Shown: positions 1 to 14,372 of the stretch, piece after piece
How the letters are laid out: each line of letters begins with the position of its first letter
How positions within the stretch are numbered: position 1 is the first letter of the stretch
From: Cycas panzhihuaensis
Taxonomy: Eukaryota; Plantae; Cycadophyta
Assembly (NCBI GenBank): GCA_023213395.1
Contig: CM041465.1
Coordinates: forward strand, 198,779,741-198,843,740
DNA length: 64,000 nucleotides
Direction: 5' to 3'
The notes under the pieces: model-generated
Databases searched by the model: none
What the model saw: the letters and a program-made list of their open reading frames with translations, nothing else
Told to the model about the DNA's origin: nothing
Translations under genes and position numbers: made by a program

Positions 1-2700
1 GAAAAAATTAGCCAACATCACTAGGGCATAGGTTTGTTTATAAGCTTTGACTAAAAAAACGGATTAAATGCAAACATTATTAGTGGATCTATGTTAGTAT
101 CATGAGTAATTTTATGGTTTATTTTGAATTTATCTATGTTGAGTAGGTTTCGATCGTAACTAATGCCACAATGGACCCAAGTAGTTAGATCTAAAGGTCC
201 TAAATAACCCATACATCTAGACCTAAATTACAAACTATAGGTGGGGATAAGACTGATATGTGTCCTTCCCTAGATATTATAAAAGTGGTGGTAAGTACAT
301 ACAACTTGTGCTCCCAGAAATAATTATATATCTCTCATATGATATCAAAATCCAGTGGCATTAGTTGTATTCTAAGTTGACTCTTGGAGGTTTTAATAAG
401 TGGTCATATAATATGCTTTGAAGATTTTTTAAGGCAATTTTAATGATATTATGTTTGAATATTGATTTGACAAGATGTTAAAGTGAAGCATGTGATTTAA
501 AAAAAAGGTGTTTTGTCACATGGGACTACTTAGATTACCATTTCTATAGGTTTGTTCCATGGTGTAGTGGATGGGGCTGAGAGTTTTCAGCTTGATTTGT
601 CTCTTACAGTTATGGCCTTAGTTGAGAGAGGCAAAAATAGGTAAAATGAGAGCAGGTGAACACTACTTAGAAGGTGGATATTAGTGAACCATGTACAAGA
701 AATCTATTTTAGAGAACTAGTGAGTACAATAACTGGTTACACATGTGCTTTAATAGATGTTTGGTTTTTATGTAGACCCATCATCAAGATTTAAAGTAGT
801 TATGTGATATGGTCTAACATTAAAGGGGGAATATTAGGTAATGTTAACCTATAAAAAAAATTAATTAATGTAAATCAATGTGGTTATCCCTTTAATGTAG
901 TTAATTAATTGACTAAGTGGCTTGTGAAATGTGAGTGGATAACTAAGTGGTTTAATATACCATAAATACATATCAATTTAATAATATAATTTGGAGGTGG
1001 CTATTTCCCACAAGTATGTTATATTCCGAACATACATATTTATATTTATTCTTTATTTCCACATGTATGGAATAGTCTCATAATCTTGTATGAACATAAG
1101 ACCTATATGACATGTGTTTATGCACTTTTATTTCCATCATTTGGTATCTGCATATGTTTTGATCCTACCATATTCTAACAAAGATAATATATGTTATGTG
1201 TTTCATGCTATTTATTATATGTGGTTATTGTATCTCTAGCTAAATATACATCTTCAACTAGACTTTTTGATGGCTAAAAATTTTATTTTATGCATAACTT
1301 AGAATTTTTTTCTTTTCAATTAATCTCTCTCAAATAACATATGAGATCTCTCCTCATCTCATATGAGATAGTTAACTATAACTATTCATTCTTAAACAAT
1401 ATCAACATCTCAAATAATATTCTCTCCTTGATCAACATGCATCTCAATTCTTCATTCTCACCTTCCATTTCAAACCAACTAAGTCAAGATTCAACAAGAT
1501 AATAATGTCATTCATTAATAACATTCTTTTAAATATATCAAGGTGTTTTCAAATATATCCTTCAATCATTCATTCAATTAGGTGATTATTATCATTTTTC
1601 TTCAACATTTCATGTCTTAAATTTATCATAATTTAATCGACTCACTATAAAGAGTTTTACTCTTCTTCATGGGGGATCAACAAACATCATCTTGGAATGT
1701 AAATGTGTCATTTTTCATCATTATATATGTTCTTAAGTGTGTTTAAAACTTGAAAAATAGCCAATATTTTTTTCCTTCTCTTTTCATTAAAATTCATTAA
1801 AACATTTATATAAAATGTACAAATACACCAACGAACCTTCAACCATTCAAAAAGGATTCTCATGTATTTTATATTTTTTAAATTTAAGCCATTAAATATA
1901 TTAAATAAGATATTCAAACATCCAATTGTAAGTTTTTCATCAAACGAATATTTATCATCATTAACATGCATTTAATATACTTCGACATACGCTTAAGAAC
2001 CCTTAAAATCATTTTTAAAAAAAGTTAAATATGGTTTTTCATTTCTCAACAAATGACTTTATAACAATACCCAAAATTACTTTTCTAAATTTACTGATTA
2101 AAATTTTTATCCTTTAATTTCTAAGTTATACCTCACAATCACTCATTATGTATATATATGAGTTTAATTTCTAATGCCTTAATTAAATCAAAATTTTGAC
2201 TTCATATGTAATAGTTATTCTTAAAATACTACTAGTGTATCATAATATATATATGTATATATAGATACACATGCCTCTTGTAATAACGTTCACTCATGTA
2301 TGGAGAGGGCTAGCCTATGTAGGTGAACTTCAAGTAGTAATAGCCTTCCTCACATATTTATGGACTAGTTTAAACTTATATGTTTAATGAAATATGGTGC
2401 ACCACATACATAAATACATCCATGTAAAAGCATCAATAAAATATCTCCACTATTTAACTTTCAATACTATCAACATACCCTTGATATATGGTCACATCTC
2501 ATTGGTATACCACCAATTTATAGCTTATCATAATAATCTATTAATTAGCTTTTAAAATGGCTGATGCTAGCTTGATACTTACTTTTTAATAGCTATACAC
2601 AATGCATATATAGATAATCTTTAGATAGCAAAGATTTCCACCAAGTTCTTATGGTCTTTAATATTCTAATTATTTACTTCATTCATCTAAAACTAGCTTT

Positions 2701-3358
2701 TCACACATCTCCTAGGATCTTCTACTGACTCTAACCTCTTTCTACATACTACTTACTTTATTTAGGCTTTGATACCATTTAAATTTTATGAAATCATCTT
2801 GTGTGTAGCTCTGAAATTATCTCACAGGCCTCCTGGGATCTTCTACTAACTACAAACTCTTTTTATACACTTCTTGCTTTACTTAGGCTCTAATATCATA
2901 TTAAAATTTTTGGAATCATCTTATTAAAATTTAACATACTTTAATACTATATTAGATTTGTTATACATATAAGTTGGTTTTATTTTATAAAAAACTCATA
3001 CCCTATAACTTGCACAAACAATAAATGAATTATGATTCATAAGTTAATCATAAGATAAGACATCAAACACATAAAAAAGATATATATACAACAATATAAC
3101 ATAATCACACATAGAAAAAATATCATATAAGATAAGATTAATTTATGAAAAGCTCTTGATTAGAAAAACCATAAGAGAAAAGTGATTAACTGAACTCTCA
3201 ATTGATCTTTTGATATATGCACATATATATAATGATTATCACCTCATATATAAGTAATACAATATAAGAACTTCAACAATCAATAATATCATATTAGTAC
3301 ATTGACCACTTAAATTATATGTAAGAACCTTTATGTTGAAGAATCATATTATATCACA
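2701..3358 (-). mobile_element. 5' end of a decayed LTR retrotransposon: LTR (~2899-3358) plus duplicated tRNA-iMet PBS
   Basis: Reverse-complement PBS GCTTTGATACCA at 2766-2777 (perfect GCTCTGATACCA at 43880-43891 in copy 2) and a second, GCTCTAATATCA, at 2887-2898 inside a ~120-bp tandem repeat. The putative LTR ends ...ATCACA at 3358 (TG start on the minus strand). Confidence 0.55.
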
Positions 3359-3421
3359 ACTTAGCCATATAAATTAAATATTACATCAAATATTATGAAA
3401 TCTAGTATTTTAATAAAATTG

Positions 3422-6400
3422 TATTATGGATTCAATCCCCTAATTCACATTCTCTTACTACTTCTTCTCTCTTTTATCTTTTCTTATATATTCTATTTCT
3501 TCTCTCTTCTTTATATCCCATATGCATAAGTAGTAGGTTATGTAGCGGCCATAGAGACTTATATATATTCATGTAATTCTTAGAGGAGTATCTTAAATAT
3601 CATTGCTATTGTATATAATTAGGAGGTTATCCCCTTGAAGGGTATTCCAATATAAGTATTCTCTTTGGTATTATTTGGGTATTGTGTTGGTGTATTATTA
3701 TCATTAAAGGAATGATATCCTACCACGTGGTATTAAAGCAATCGATTCACAGACTGTGGGAGAGTCAAATGTATTAAATAGTTAATTTTTTTTAATCAAT
3801 TTTTATTTCTGTTAGTATTTATTCTCATTTTAATTCCTTGCTTAATTACTTCTACTTTTTGGGTGTAGATAACATTGTAATTAGGTAGGTACCCTGACAT
3901 TACTATTGGGCAATTTTTGCCTACATTTAGATAGGACCTTATATTGAGTATCTATAAATATCATGAAGAACTATCATTTTAAGCTATGTTCATTATGGCT
4001 TTTATGTCCTCTATATGAAGAATTAGAGATCACACTCCTGAACCAAGCCTTAGATAAAACTTGGCTCTAAAACTATACCTCCACATACATATGGATATAT
4101 AAGAGGACTCCTTAAGTAGGTCTTCTTAGTATAGGTAACCATAAGAAACCTATTAGCCATCTATAATTTATAGTACACTGGTAAGCAGTTAGCCTCAGAA
4201 AGTTACTCTCCTCATACCCTAGAGATGGGATAGTATACTTGTAGGGTAGAGCATTAACCTCTATAAGTTGATACTACTTATGACTGGGATCAATATAATA
4301 GAGAGCCTATAAACCAGATAATCCTAGACCTAGTGAGCCTAGTTAGTCTATTAGTAGTACGTGTACACCTAGAAAGTCAATGCCCTCATTAATTTATAAA
4401 CCTAGTATGTCTAGCCAGTTTGTTATTAATCCATACACATGTAATCCATTAGTTAATCAACTAATTATATGTGACCAAAAAATTTAAAAAAAGAAAGAAA
4501 AATAAAAATAAAAGTAGAAAAGAAAAAAAAAGTTAGTCAGTCAATTGGAAGTGATGAAAAAATCCATATTGCTTTATTATAAAAGATTGAGGATAATAGT
4601 CTATTAACACTCTATCAAGCCCTTTTTATTCACATTTACTAACTAGGATTCAACTTAGGTCTCGTAAACAAATGATCCCTAAGTTAAACCCTAACTAGAA
4701 CTGAAATCTTAATGATGGTATCATACAACTTAAAGGAGACATGTTGCAAATCCAAACTAACTTCAATGAAAATTTTGAAAGGGTAATACAAGAGCTCATA
4801 ATTATGAAACTTTCTAATGAAGAAGACAACCATTACAAATTAGAAGAAAATATTAAATTCAATTATACTACTCACATACGTGAGGGTCACTTTAATAACG
4901 AAGATAAAGATAATGATAATAGATGCTTCTGTCTTAACTCTCTTCCTAAGTTAGAAATCAAGAAAGTGAATGGCACACATGTGCATACCTAGGTCACCCA
5001 AATGGAGCAATACTTTTATCTTTATTAAGCTCCAACTAACAAGAATATCCCTATTATCTCTCTACACATGGATGGGCTTCGTTATTAATATGAAAGTTTT
5101 GTCAAAGACCTTATAACTTAATATAATAACACATAAGATCATAACCACTTCAACTAGTTAGCTAAAGTCAAATAGAAGGGCACTATTTCAACTTATACAG
5201 CATAATACCAATGTCTCTCCATAAGGGTTGATGGTCTCTATCATGATAAATTACTTGAGTTATACATTGGTGTATTATAGGATGCCATCACACATGAGTT
5301 ATAACCCTTAAAACTTGATAACATCTCTATATCTATCAAATTTTCTTAACACATCAAATCTAAAAATAATGTATCTCGACCATTTCCATGAATTTTCCTA
5401 GAAAAATGATCATAATCTTAGCTTTTTTGTATGTAATAAATGACTTCCTGAGAGATAGATGAAAAATGGTTGAAAGGGTTATGTTTTTTTTACAATAAAA
5501 AGTAGAACAAAGAACATAAGTGCCTTGAACGGTGCTTATTAATTATTAAGGACATCCTAGATGATGGACCAACAAAAGAAATCCCCCTAAAGCTAAAAAA
5601 TAATGACCATGATCCACTTCAGGAGGAAGGTGAAGATTACCACTATTATATCGATGCATGCCCTTATTAGAATTATGACCCCACAAACACTCAAACTTAT
5701 TAGGTATATCAAGAAAACGAAAGTGGTTATCCTCATAGATTTTATGAGCACCCATAATTTTTTAAATTAGAAACTTATTAAAGAACTCAATTATGTTCTA
5801 TATCTTATAAAAAATTTCTAGGTTATGGTGATTAATAGAGGGACACTCTCTTTGTGGGGAAAAATGTCATTATATCAAGCTATAAATAGGTTACTATCAC
5901 CTCTTCACTTCTATATATGTCATTCATATTAAAGAAGTTGATGTTGTACTAGGGGTATAATGGCTTCAACCATTAGAGACCATTCAACTAATGCAAGAGC
6001 TCTTTATCTGATTTACTTATGAAGGAATTGACTATGAATTGAATGGGATAATTCCTCCCCCAACCTAAATCATCAACTCACATTATATGGAGAGGATAAT
6101 TAAAAATGGTGGTATAAGGATCATTCCTAAATATTATGCTCTTGAAGGTTAGAAACTTCTAATGGAGGGGGATATTCTCCAAGATGATAACATCCTCAAT
6201 GACTTGAAATTAGTACTTTATCACTAAAACCAAGCCTTTAAGGATATTCCTCAAGGTCTTCCCCTAACACAAGACTAAGATCATGACATTGACCTAGTAG
6301 CTAGAAGTAATCCTCCTTATATTCGGCTATATTAGTACCCCTACCAATAAAATAATAAATTTGAATAGATAGTTTAATAACTCCTTAATGCCAGTACTAT

Positions 6401-9357
6401 TAGGAAAAGTAAAAGTACCTTTTCTACCCAAATGATTTTAGTAAGAAAAAGTGATGGCTTATTTTACATGTGTGTAGACTATCATGAGCTTAATAAGATA
6501 ACCACAAAGGATAGATTTTCTATATCATTCATCGATAAACTCTTAGATGAGTTCCATGGAGCAACATTCTTCATATCCTTAGACTTGAAGTTAGGATGCC
6601 ATCAAATTAGGATCAAGGCAAATGATGTTTACAAGACAATATTTCGTATACATGAATGGTATTATGAATTTTTAGTCATATCATTTGGCCTTACTAATAC
6701 CCCATCCACCTTTTAATAACTCATGAATAAACTCTTTTGGCCTTATTTAAGAAACTTTGTGCTAGTCTTTTTTTATGACATTCTAATCTTTAGTCACACT
6801 TGGGAAGACCATCTTCATCATGCTGATAAGGCATTATAGCTGCTTACAAATAACTAACTTTTTGCCAAAAATTAAAGTGTTACTTTAGGCAAATAGAAAT
6901 AGAATATTTAGGCTATATTATCTCCCAAGAAGGAGTCAAGGTGGATCCTAAGAAATTTCTAATTATCATAAATTGTCCTAAACCTAAAAATATCAAGGCC
7001 TTCATCGATTCTTAGTAATCATAAGGTATTATTAAAAGTTTATTTAAGGTTATGCAAGGATTACTTCTACATTAATTAACTTGTTAGAAAAGGATTTGAA
7101 TACTTAAAGGTGGCTTTAACTACTACTTCAGTTCTTACAACACCAAGCTTTATAAAGACCTTCACTATTGAATGCAATGCATTAAGGTAAGGAATTAGAG
7201 CAGTCCTAATATAATAAGGGAAACCTTTAGTCTTTAAAAGTCATCAACTTACAACCAGGGATAAGTTAAATCCACATATGAGAAGGAGATGCTGGTAATT
7301 CTCCATGCAATTAGGAAATGAGGATAATATTTACTTGGGATATATTTCTATATTAAAATAAACCATGATAGCTTAAAACATTTCCTAGATTAAACCATGA
7401 TATCTAAGGAACAATAAAAATTGGTCACTAAAACGTAAGATCCTTGAAATCATATATAAAAAATGCAAGGATAATATAGTGGCTAATGCTTTATGTCACA
7501 AGGAAGAAGGCTCTGTACTATATCCTATCGCCATGGTCAATCCCTCTTGGATAGCAGTTGTTAAATAAGAATAAGATCATGACCTCTTTACGAAGTAGAT
7601 CATTCAAGACCTTCAAGATGGGGTAGGGTACTCAACCCACTACACATGGTTCATAAATATTCTTTGGTATAAGAATAGGATATATATGTACCTTCACTCT
7701 AGTCTTAATGAGTAAATTTTGCATGATACGTGTGCCTCCCCAATAGTATGTTATTCACATTTCCTATGGATATACTACTACTTAAAATAATATTTATTTT
7801 GGAAGGTCAAAAAAGAAGATGTAAAGTAGTATGTTTCCTCATGTGAAATTTGTCAATGATATAAGATAGAAATAGTCAAGTCCAAGACTGTTGTAACCCC
7901 TTCCTAGACCAAATCAGCAATGGGAAGAAATTTCCATGGACTTCGTAGTGGGTCTTCCTAAGTTTGAAAGAAAAGATGTTATACTTGTGGTTGTTGATAT
8001 GATAACTAAATATTCTCATTTATATAGCATCCAAACCATATATAAGGTAAAATAAATTACTGAGATCTTTTTAAGGAATATACACAGGTTGCATGGCATG
8101 CCCAAACACATAGTTAATGATCATGATCTAGTTCCCTAACAACTTCTAAACAAAACTCTTTCATCTACTCAGTAACAAGCTAACAATAAGCTCATCCTAC
8201 CATGTACAAATAGATGGTTAAACTGAGGTGGTTAATAAGTGCCTTCAAAGATACATTTATTGTTATGCTTTAGACAAGCAAGGCTAGTGGTAACATTTGC
8301 TTCCCTTAGTAGAATGGTGGTATAATGCAACTTATCACGTATTAATAGGAATGGCTTCATTCCAAGCATTATATGTCTATGAACCACCTACACTTAAGAA
8401 TTATTCCATAATTAGTTCTAAGTTTCAAGTAGTCAAGGACCACATCCATCAAATAATAGAGATTCTGAAGATACTAAAGGAAAATTTGAACCTTGTATAA
8501 AATTAAGTGAAAGAACAGGTAGATAAAGTGTGAAGTGAATAAGTACTTTGACCAAGTGATTGGGCATACTTATGGTTACAACTATACAAGCACGCATCTC
8601 TCAAATAAGATGGGAAGTGAAATTTACAACCCTAACTTTATGGACCTTACAAAATTCTCAAGAAGATCGATGAAGTTGCATCTACATTGGACTTACCACC
8701 ACCATCAAGGATCCATAATGTCTTTCACTTTTTATGTCTCAAGATGGTAATTGGGTAGTGCATACAAGTTCAAATTGCATTACCTATCTTAAATGATGTG
8801 GGGCAAGTTCAACTCATTTTAGAATGCATCATCAAGAGAAGAATTCAACATCTACGATCTAGATAAATCATTGAGTATCTCATCAACTAAAAATAACTTC
8901 CATAAGAAGATGTAACATGGGAGAATGAGCAATTTATCCATGAGCAATCTGAGATCATTAAGCTTTGAGGGCAAAGCTTTTTTAAGGGGAGGGACTTATT
9001 AGGGATCTAACCCTTAACTCACCTTCTCTTATATCTTCTACTTCTTCTCTCGCTTATCTTTTCTTATATTTTCTACTTCTTCTCTCTTCTTAATATCCCA
9101 CATACATAAGTAAGAGTTAGTGTAGTGGCCATAAAGCCCTATATATATTTATGTAATATGCCACATGTATAAGTAGGCAATTATGTGGCTACCATAGAGA
9201 CCTATATATATTAATGTAATCCTTAGAGTGGTGTATCTTGAATATCATTACTATTGTATGTAATTAGCAGGTTACTCCCTCAAAGGGTATTATAATACAA
9301 GTGCTCTCTTTAGTGCTGTTAGTGTGTTATTTTCATTGAAGGAGTTGTATCATATCA
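3422..9357 (+). mobile_element. Full-length decayed Ty3/gypsy chromovirus (Reina-like), copy 1
   Basis: LTRs 3422-3725 and 8997-9357; TSD AATTG at 3417-3421 and 9358-9362; PBS TGGTATTAAAGC at 3728-3739; PPT ~8985-8993. RT motifs (ILVRKSDG..MCVDYHELNKIT, FGLTNTPSTF, YDILIFS), RNase H, integrase (WEEISMDFVVGLP, LPLVEWWYN, GPY) and a chromodomain remnant (EYLI...EDVTWE, ~8830-8930). Many stops and frameshifts. Short LTRs and ~5.9 kb length fit the Reina lineage. Confidence 0.92.
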
Positions 9358-9362
9358 AATTG

Positions 9363-10928
9363 ACTCCATATCTTTAACGATCTTTTATAAAGTATACTTA
9401 GGTTTTCCTAGTGTAAGAATTTAGCAATACTAAAGTACTATTAGGGGATTTGATTATGGCTGCATCATACTAGTGTGTATAATTTCTAATATCTTGTTAT
9501 TTCTCTAAGATTTCTCCTAAGCAAAAAGATATTTGTGATGTTTACCATACATACACCCTTCACATATACCTCTTAAACATAAAATCTATGGTAAACTTTC
9601 TATTATCTTCATTATGTCCATAAGTTATATGTTTTGATAATTTAGGTATCATAATCATTCATGCCATAATTATGTTGTATCATTTACATTAGCAGCAAAA
9701 GCATAGGCTTAATTCTAACTTTAAAGTTTCTTGAACATCAAGAAGTCATCATTTAGATTTCTAGAAATAACAACTAAAATGTATTTCATAAGATCTTTAA
9801 TCAATTAGTTATCCTTGTAGAACTCATTTTTTTGTTTTATTTACAAACTTAATAGGAAAAAAGAAGATTCTTCCTCATTTATGGTGCATAACATACTCAA
9901 CTGAAATTCCCCATTAAAAGGCTAGCTATTTTAAATCCATTAATAAGCACCATGCTAGCATCCTTAGGTATGATTTTAGCATCATCAGAATTAGAATCCA
10001 TTGTAGTGTACTACTCTCAATAGAAAGACATATACCTTTATGTACCTAGGTCAAGTATCTAATAATCCTTTTAATCTAAAAATTGAGAAGATGAGGTTAA
10101 TACTTTAGTACAGTAAGTTGTAATTTTCTTTCATTTTTTATTGTGTTTTTCCTCTTTCATATCCTTTCTTCTAAACTAATAGTTTTTCACCTTATGGCCT
10201 TCTCTCTTCTAATAGTGACACTTTCCAATGTACTTCTTTCTCTTCTTTTCTTAATTTTGCCTAAACTTTCGTGCACTTTTCTCTACCTTCTCATCTCGTT
10301 CCCTTTGCATCTTTATAATTATATCATGATTTGACTTTAGACTCATAAGAATGCTATAGTATTTTAATTTAAAATTTTTAGCTAGAATGAGATTATTTAG
10401 CTCATCTAAGGCCATTCCTTCCATCATATCATGCTTTGCATAATCCATCTAAAGTATACAAAATAAGGTTGGTAGTCTTAATACAATGAATGTAAATAGT
10501 AACTTATTATCAACTAACTTTTTCTTTATCTCTTCTAGCTTGTTCTTCAAATCCATTATCTTAATCAAATAAGCATTAATATTACATTAATCTTTAATAG
10601 TTGCATTTAACATCTCCATTAACAAAACAACTTTATGTTTTGTCCACATCTTCTTAAAAGCATTATATAATTTCATTAAGATTTTATTTAGTATATTTAG
10701 GTTATGGATAAGAGCTATGTGATCCAAAGCTAATAATAATTTTAATAAGCAAATAGCCGTACATTATTTTTTGCTCAAGGTGATCTCTCTTTCTCATCTA
10801 ACGATAATATGGTCAATTCATATTTGATGATTTTCCATAATAAAGTTCACCATTAAAGTGATTTCCATACTTTCTTTCCATTTGTTAAATTTGTTTCCAT
10901 TAAAAGTCACTTGAAAAACTTTCTCCAT
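9363..10928 (-). mobile_element. Decayed Ty1/copia gag-protease-integrase fragment, interrupted by the chromovirus
   Basis: Minus-strand translation gives gag (MEKVFQVTFNGNKFNKWKESM...), LWHE*L*YLN (LWHxRLGH), GICEGCMYGKHHKYLF (integrase Zn finger) and LEIIHT...KYTFI. The integrase appears to continue left of the gypsy TSD (~3360-3416). Confidence 0.75.
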
Positions 10929-13885
10929 GGTTGCAACCTTACTAAATGATTGAGAATAGTCTTCTTTCAATATTCTCCAATATTAAGAGCTTCCTATCCA
11001 TAGATCATAGCCTTTTCTTCCATAATTATCTCATCAAAATGTTTGCTAAACATCCTAAACACCTATTTAAGTAGCCCCTATACTTCTATTGTATCCTCCA
11101 TGCTTTGCACTATTATATTTACTTTTTTATAACCTCTACATTTACTAATGTGGCTTAAGACGGCTTGCATAGTCTCCCAGAAGTTTTATACACTAATAAT
11201 AATTGCTTTGTGGTTTTTCAATGCTTCACACAAGCCTTTTTTAATGTTTTCTTTGTGTCTAATGTATTACACTTCACTTATAAAGATTTTGCAATCACCA
11301 CATATCCTTATGTGTTTTACACAACCATTAACAAGTTCAAAATAGCTTCAAACTTAGATTTGTATGATGTTACTTTGTTTCATGGCTTTCAATGGCTTAA
11401 GAAAAGAGTCTTGCGTGCCTCAAAATGACTTAACATGGATTTGATGGTGGCCTACACAATAAATCTAGTTTACAAAATCTTCTGAATAAACTTTAAACTA
11501 TGTTTTTTGGCTTATATGCCTTACATAGCCTTTAAACAACTTCAAATGTTTTCAAACATTTCAAACAACCTTCAACAAGTCCAAGCATTAACGAAATGAA
11601 ACCTAGGATGTGTACCAACATTCCCATAGCTATATATGTTGTCCTCAAACTCTAATGTTTATTTGGATTTCTCTTAATGCTACTCACATAACTCACATTT
11701 GATTCCAATACACCCTCAACTTCAAACAATCCAAAAGATCTTAATTTGTATGGTTTGAATGACCTCCCATGACCATCATATATAAGTTATGACATTTTAT
11801 AATCATGCTGTTTAATAAATCATGCTTTCCTTTAAAATTTTAATTTATCATTAAGTTTGTGAATGTCACACCACTTCACCAAGTCATGCCACCTTATGCA
11901 ATTATTGTTTTGTTTAAGAAATTCTTATATTTGACCTCCAATAGTCAAATTTGAAGATATGACCTTTCTATAAATGTTGTCACTTTGTAAAATAAAAGTT
12001 TCTTTTTTAATCAAAATAGTCAATAACTTTCATATGTTCTACGGTTATCATTAGAAACTTGTAGGGGCCTATGGAGAATTAACACCATTAAATGCAATGG
12101 AAGTCACATATTTCATAGCAAGTAAAAGATAGATGCTTTGTTGAACTCACAATGGATCCCAACAATTTAACTTCAATGAAAAATAAATAATTCTTACGCT
12201 TAACCACCTCCATGAGCTCCAAAACGAAGCATGACGTTACTAGATTCATCCAATCACTTTTGGAGATGTCTAACATACTTTTACTTTATTATATCATGTA
12301 AAGATGAGACTAAACATTGTCCATCGAATGTTTTACAACTCCAAACACATATAGTACGTCCCCAATCACCATTACATTCTCTAAATGGGTCCCAAACTAT
12401 TAAGAATAATGTTCATTCATGGTTGGATCCTTTAAAATAATCCCCAGCACTTCAGATGAAGCCCAATGCAACCATCCTCGATCTGACATATGGAAATAAG
12501 GCTAGCATGCTTTAAATAATGCCCAATAGCCATTGGAGTTGCCTAATCATGCATATACTCTACCTAATAAGTAGAAACATTACCTAACCTTACTTAATTG
12601 GTACATATGGCCTCTCAATAGTGGTAGAAGTCACCACATGATAGAAAGCATGTTGTTGAATGGATAATTTCCTTCATGTTATTATTATACACCAATATTT
12701 AATCACTTAGAAATAGAAAAGGATTGTAATCACATTAACAAGACCTTCTTTTACATTAGAAAAAGGCCTTTTGATTTGTTCTATGTCTACATCTACTGTG
12801 CTTCAACTATATACTCAGAACCTGACTCTCATACCATATGAGAAAACATGCATACAAATGTAGACACGATCTTAACCATACATAGCAAGTAGAGGACAAG
12901 ATATATAGGTTTTAATTGTCCCTAACCCATATAGGAAAATCTACTAATACTTTTAATTTAAACCCATTTCAACACATGTTTGTCTTATGACTTATTAGGT
13001 TCACTTGACCTTTTAACATTGTGTTTCAATTGACTTTCATTGGATTGTGTTAAATTTGATATGCTTGGTTGGTCGATTTCGATTGCATAATTTTTAATTA
13101 AATAGGGTTATATATTTGTAAGCACAAAACAATACATCACACTAACGATTGTGGCCCTTCGCCATATCTTGTGACCTTTTGCCATGTGTGACTCTTTGTT
13201 GTGTTTGAATGAATCTTCAACATATCTGTATAACACTCTCTATGTTTGCTAACATATTATTGAAGTGTAATAATTTTTCAAACATAAGGAGGACAAGGAT
13301 GTAGAGCAATCTTATTGATATGTTTTATGCTTATTTATAGATTTATAAAAATCCATATCATTGATTTTAGTATAATGTTGTAGTGTTTCAATGTTGAAGT
13401 TTTCCTTCAATGGTAGCTTTTTTCCTTCTATAATCATTACATAATTAATAAGCTTAAGTATATATTACTCAATGGTTTTTTACTACTAAAATATAATTTA
13501 AACTTTTATGAACAAGAACTAAATTCATACTCTAGCACTCAAGCACTTTTAAGCCCACACCTTATACCTTTACCCTACTTTCTCGCGTAAAGGTTGTTTT
13601 ACATATTTGATGTAGTCAACTTTACTACATAATGTAATTGCTTAAGAAACTTAATATCTTATTACATTGATGAATGGATTTTGTCTCTTTTTATTATAAG
13701 CTCAATGTAATAGTTCTTGTATTGATATGCTCATACTTGGAGCCATAAATCTAATGTTTCTCTCAAGTATAGGCATATATGTGGAAGTCATTATATTGAG
13801 CATATCATGACATGAAGTAATGGGTTCAATGTCTCTCCATTATATATATATATATATATATGGTGGGTGCTATATTGGAGATAAA

Positions 13886-13893
13886 CACGTGTC
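13886..13893 (+). promoter_or_regulatory. G-box/ABRE-like motif CACGTGTC upstream of SWEET copy 1
   Basis: Matches the ABRE consensus ACGTGTC ~700 bp upstream of the ATG; reads CACATGTC in copy 2 (54613-54620). Motif match only. Confidence 0.35.
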
Positions 13894-14372
13894 CTTAAAT
13901 TTAGCTAGAATAGCTTACATATAGACATTCCAATAAGTAAATGCCTATTTCCAAGACATTTTGAAAACATAACATATAGGCACACTACACAATAATACTT
14001 CTATTTAAAGATGCAAAATTTCATGTATTCCATTATAATACATGTTCTCCCTGGCCAACTTTTCTATGTATATTTGGCATATCCGTGATGCCCTAATTCA
14101 TGGAATTAATCATTATTTGATATAATTGTGACGGCCATGAAAAGATTCCTGCCCTTTGCGTTGCTCCCTCGCTTTTGCAAGTTCTATATATATATATATA
14201 TATATTATAGGCGGAGAAAATTTTTAAAGTATATATAACATATATATATATATATATATTTGGAGAAAATTGACTTTAATATTTTATGTGGTAGAGGGAT
14301 CCCATTTTCGGATTTCCATTGCGGTAATCCCCACTTTAATTGACAGCAATCACGAAGGAACAGAACGAGTGA

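Noticed and set aside
1-1700. AT-rich sequence with short inverted repeats (e.g. TATGAGAT...ATCTCATA near 1340-1365)
   Set aside because: No ORF, terminus or repeat partner could be assigned; probably decayed TE interior.
10143-10448. Hydrophobic 63-aa ORF also seen at 50812, resembling a membrane peptide
   Set aside because: It is the antisense reading of a Lys/Glu-rich copia gag region; its recurrence follows from the segmental duplication.
12231-12440. 69-aa + strand ORF conserved at 52877-53086
   Set aside because: Many differences are non-synonymous, no domain is recognisable, and it lies in decayed repeat-like DNA; retention is explainable by the duplication alone.
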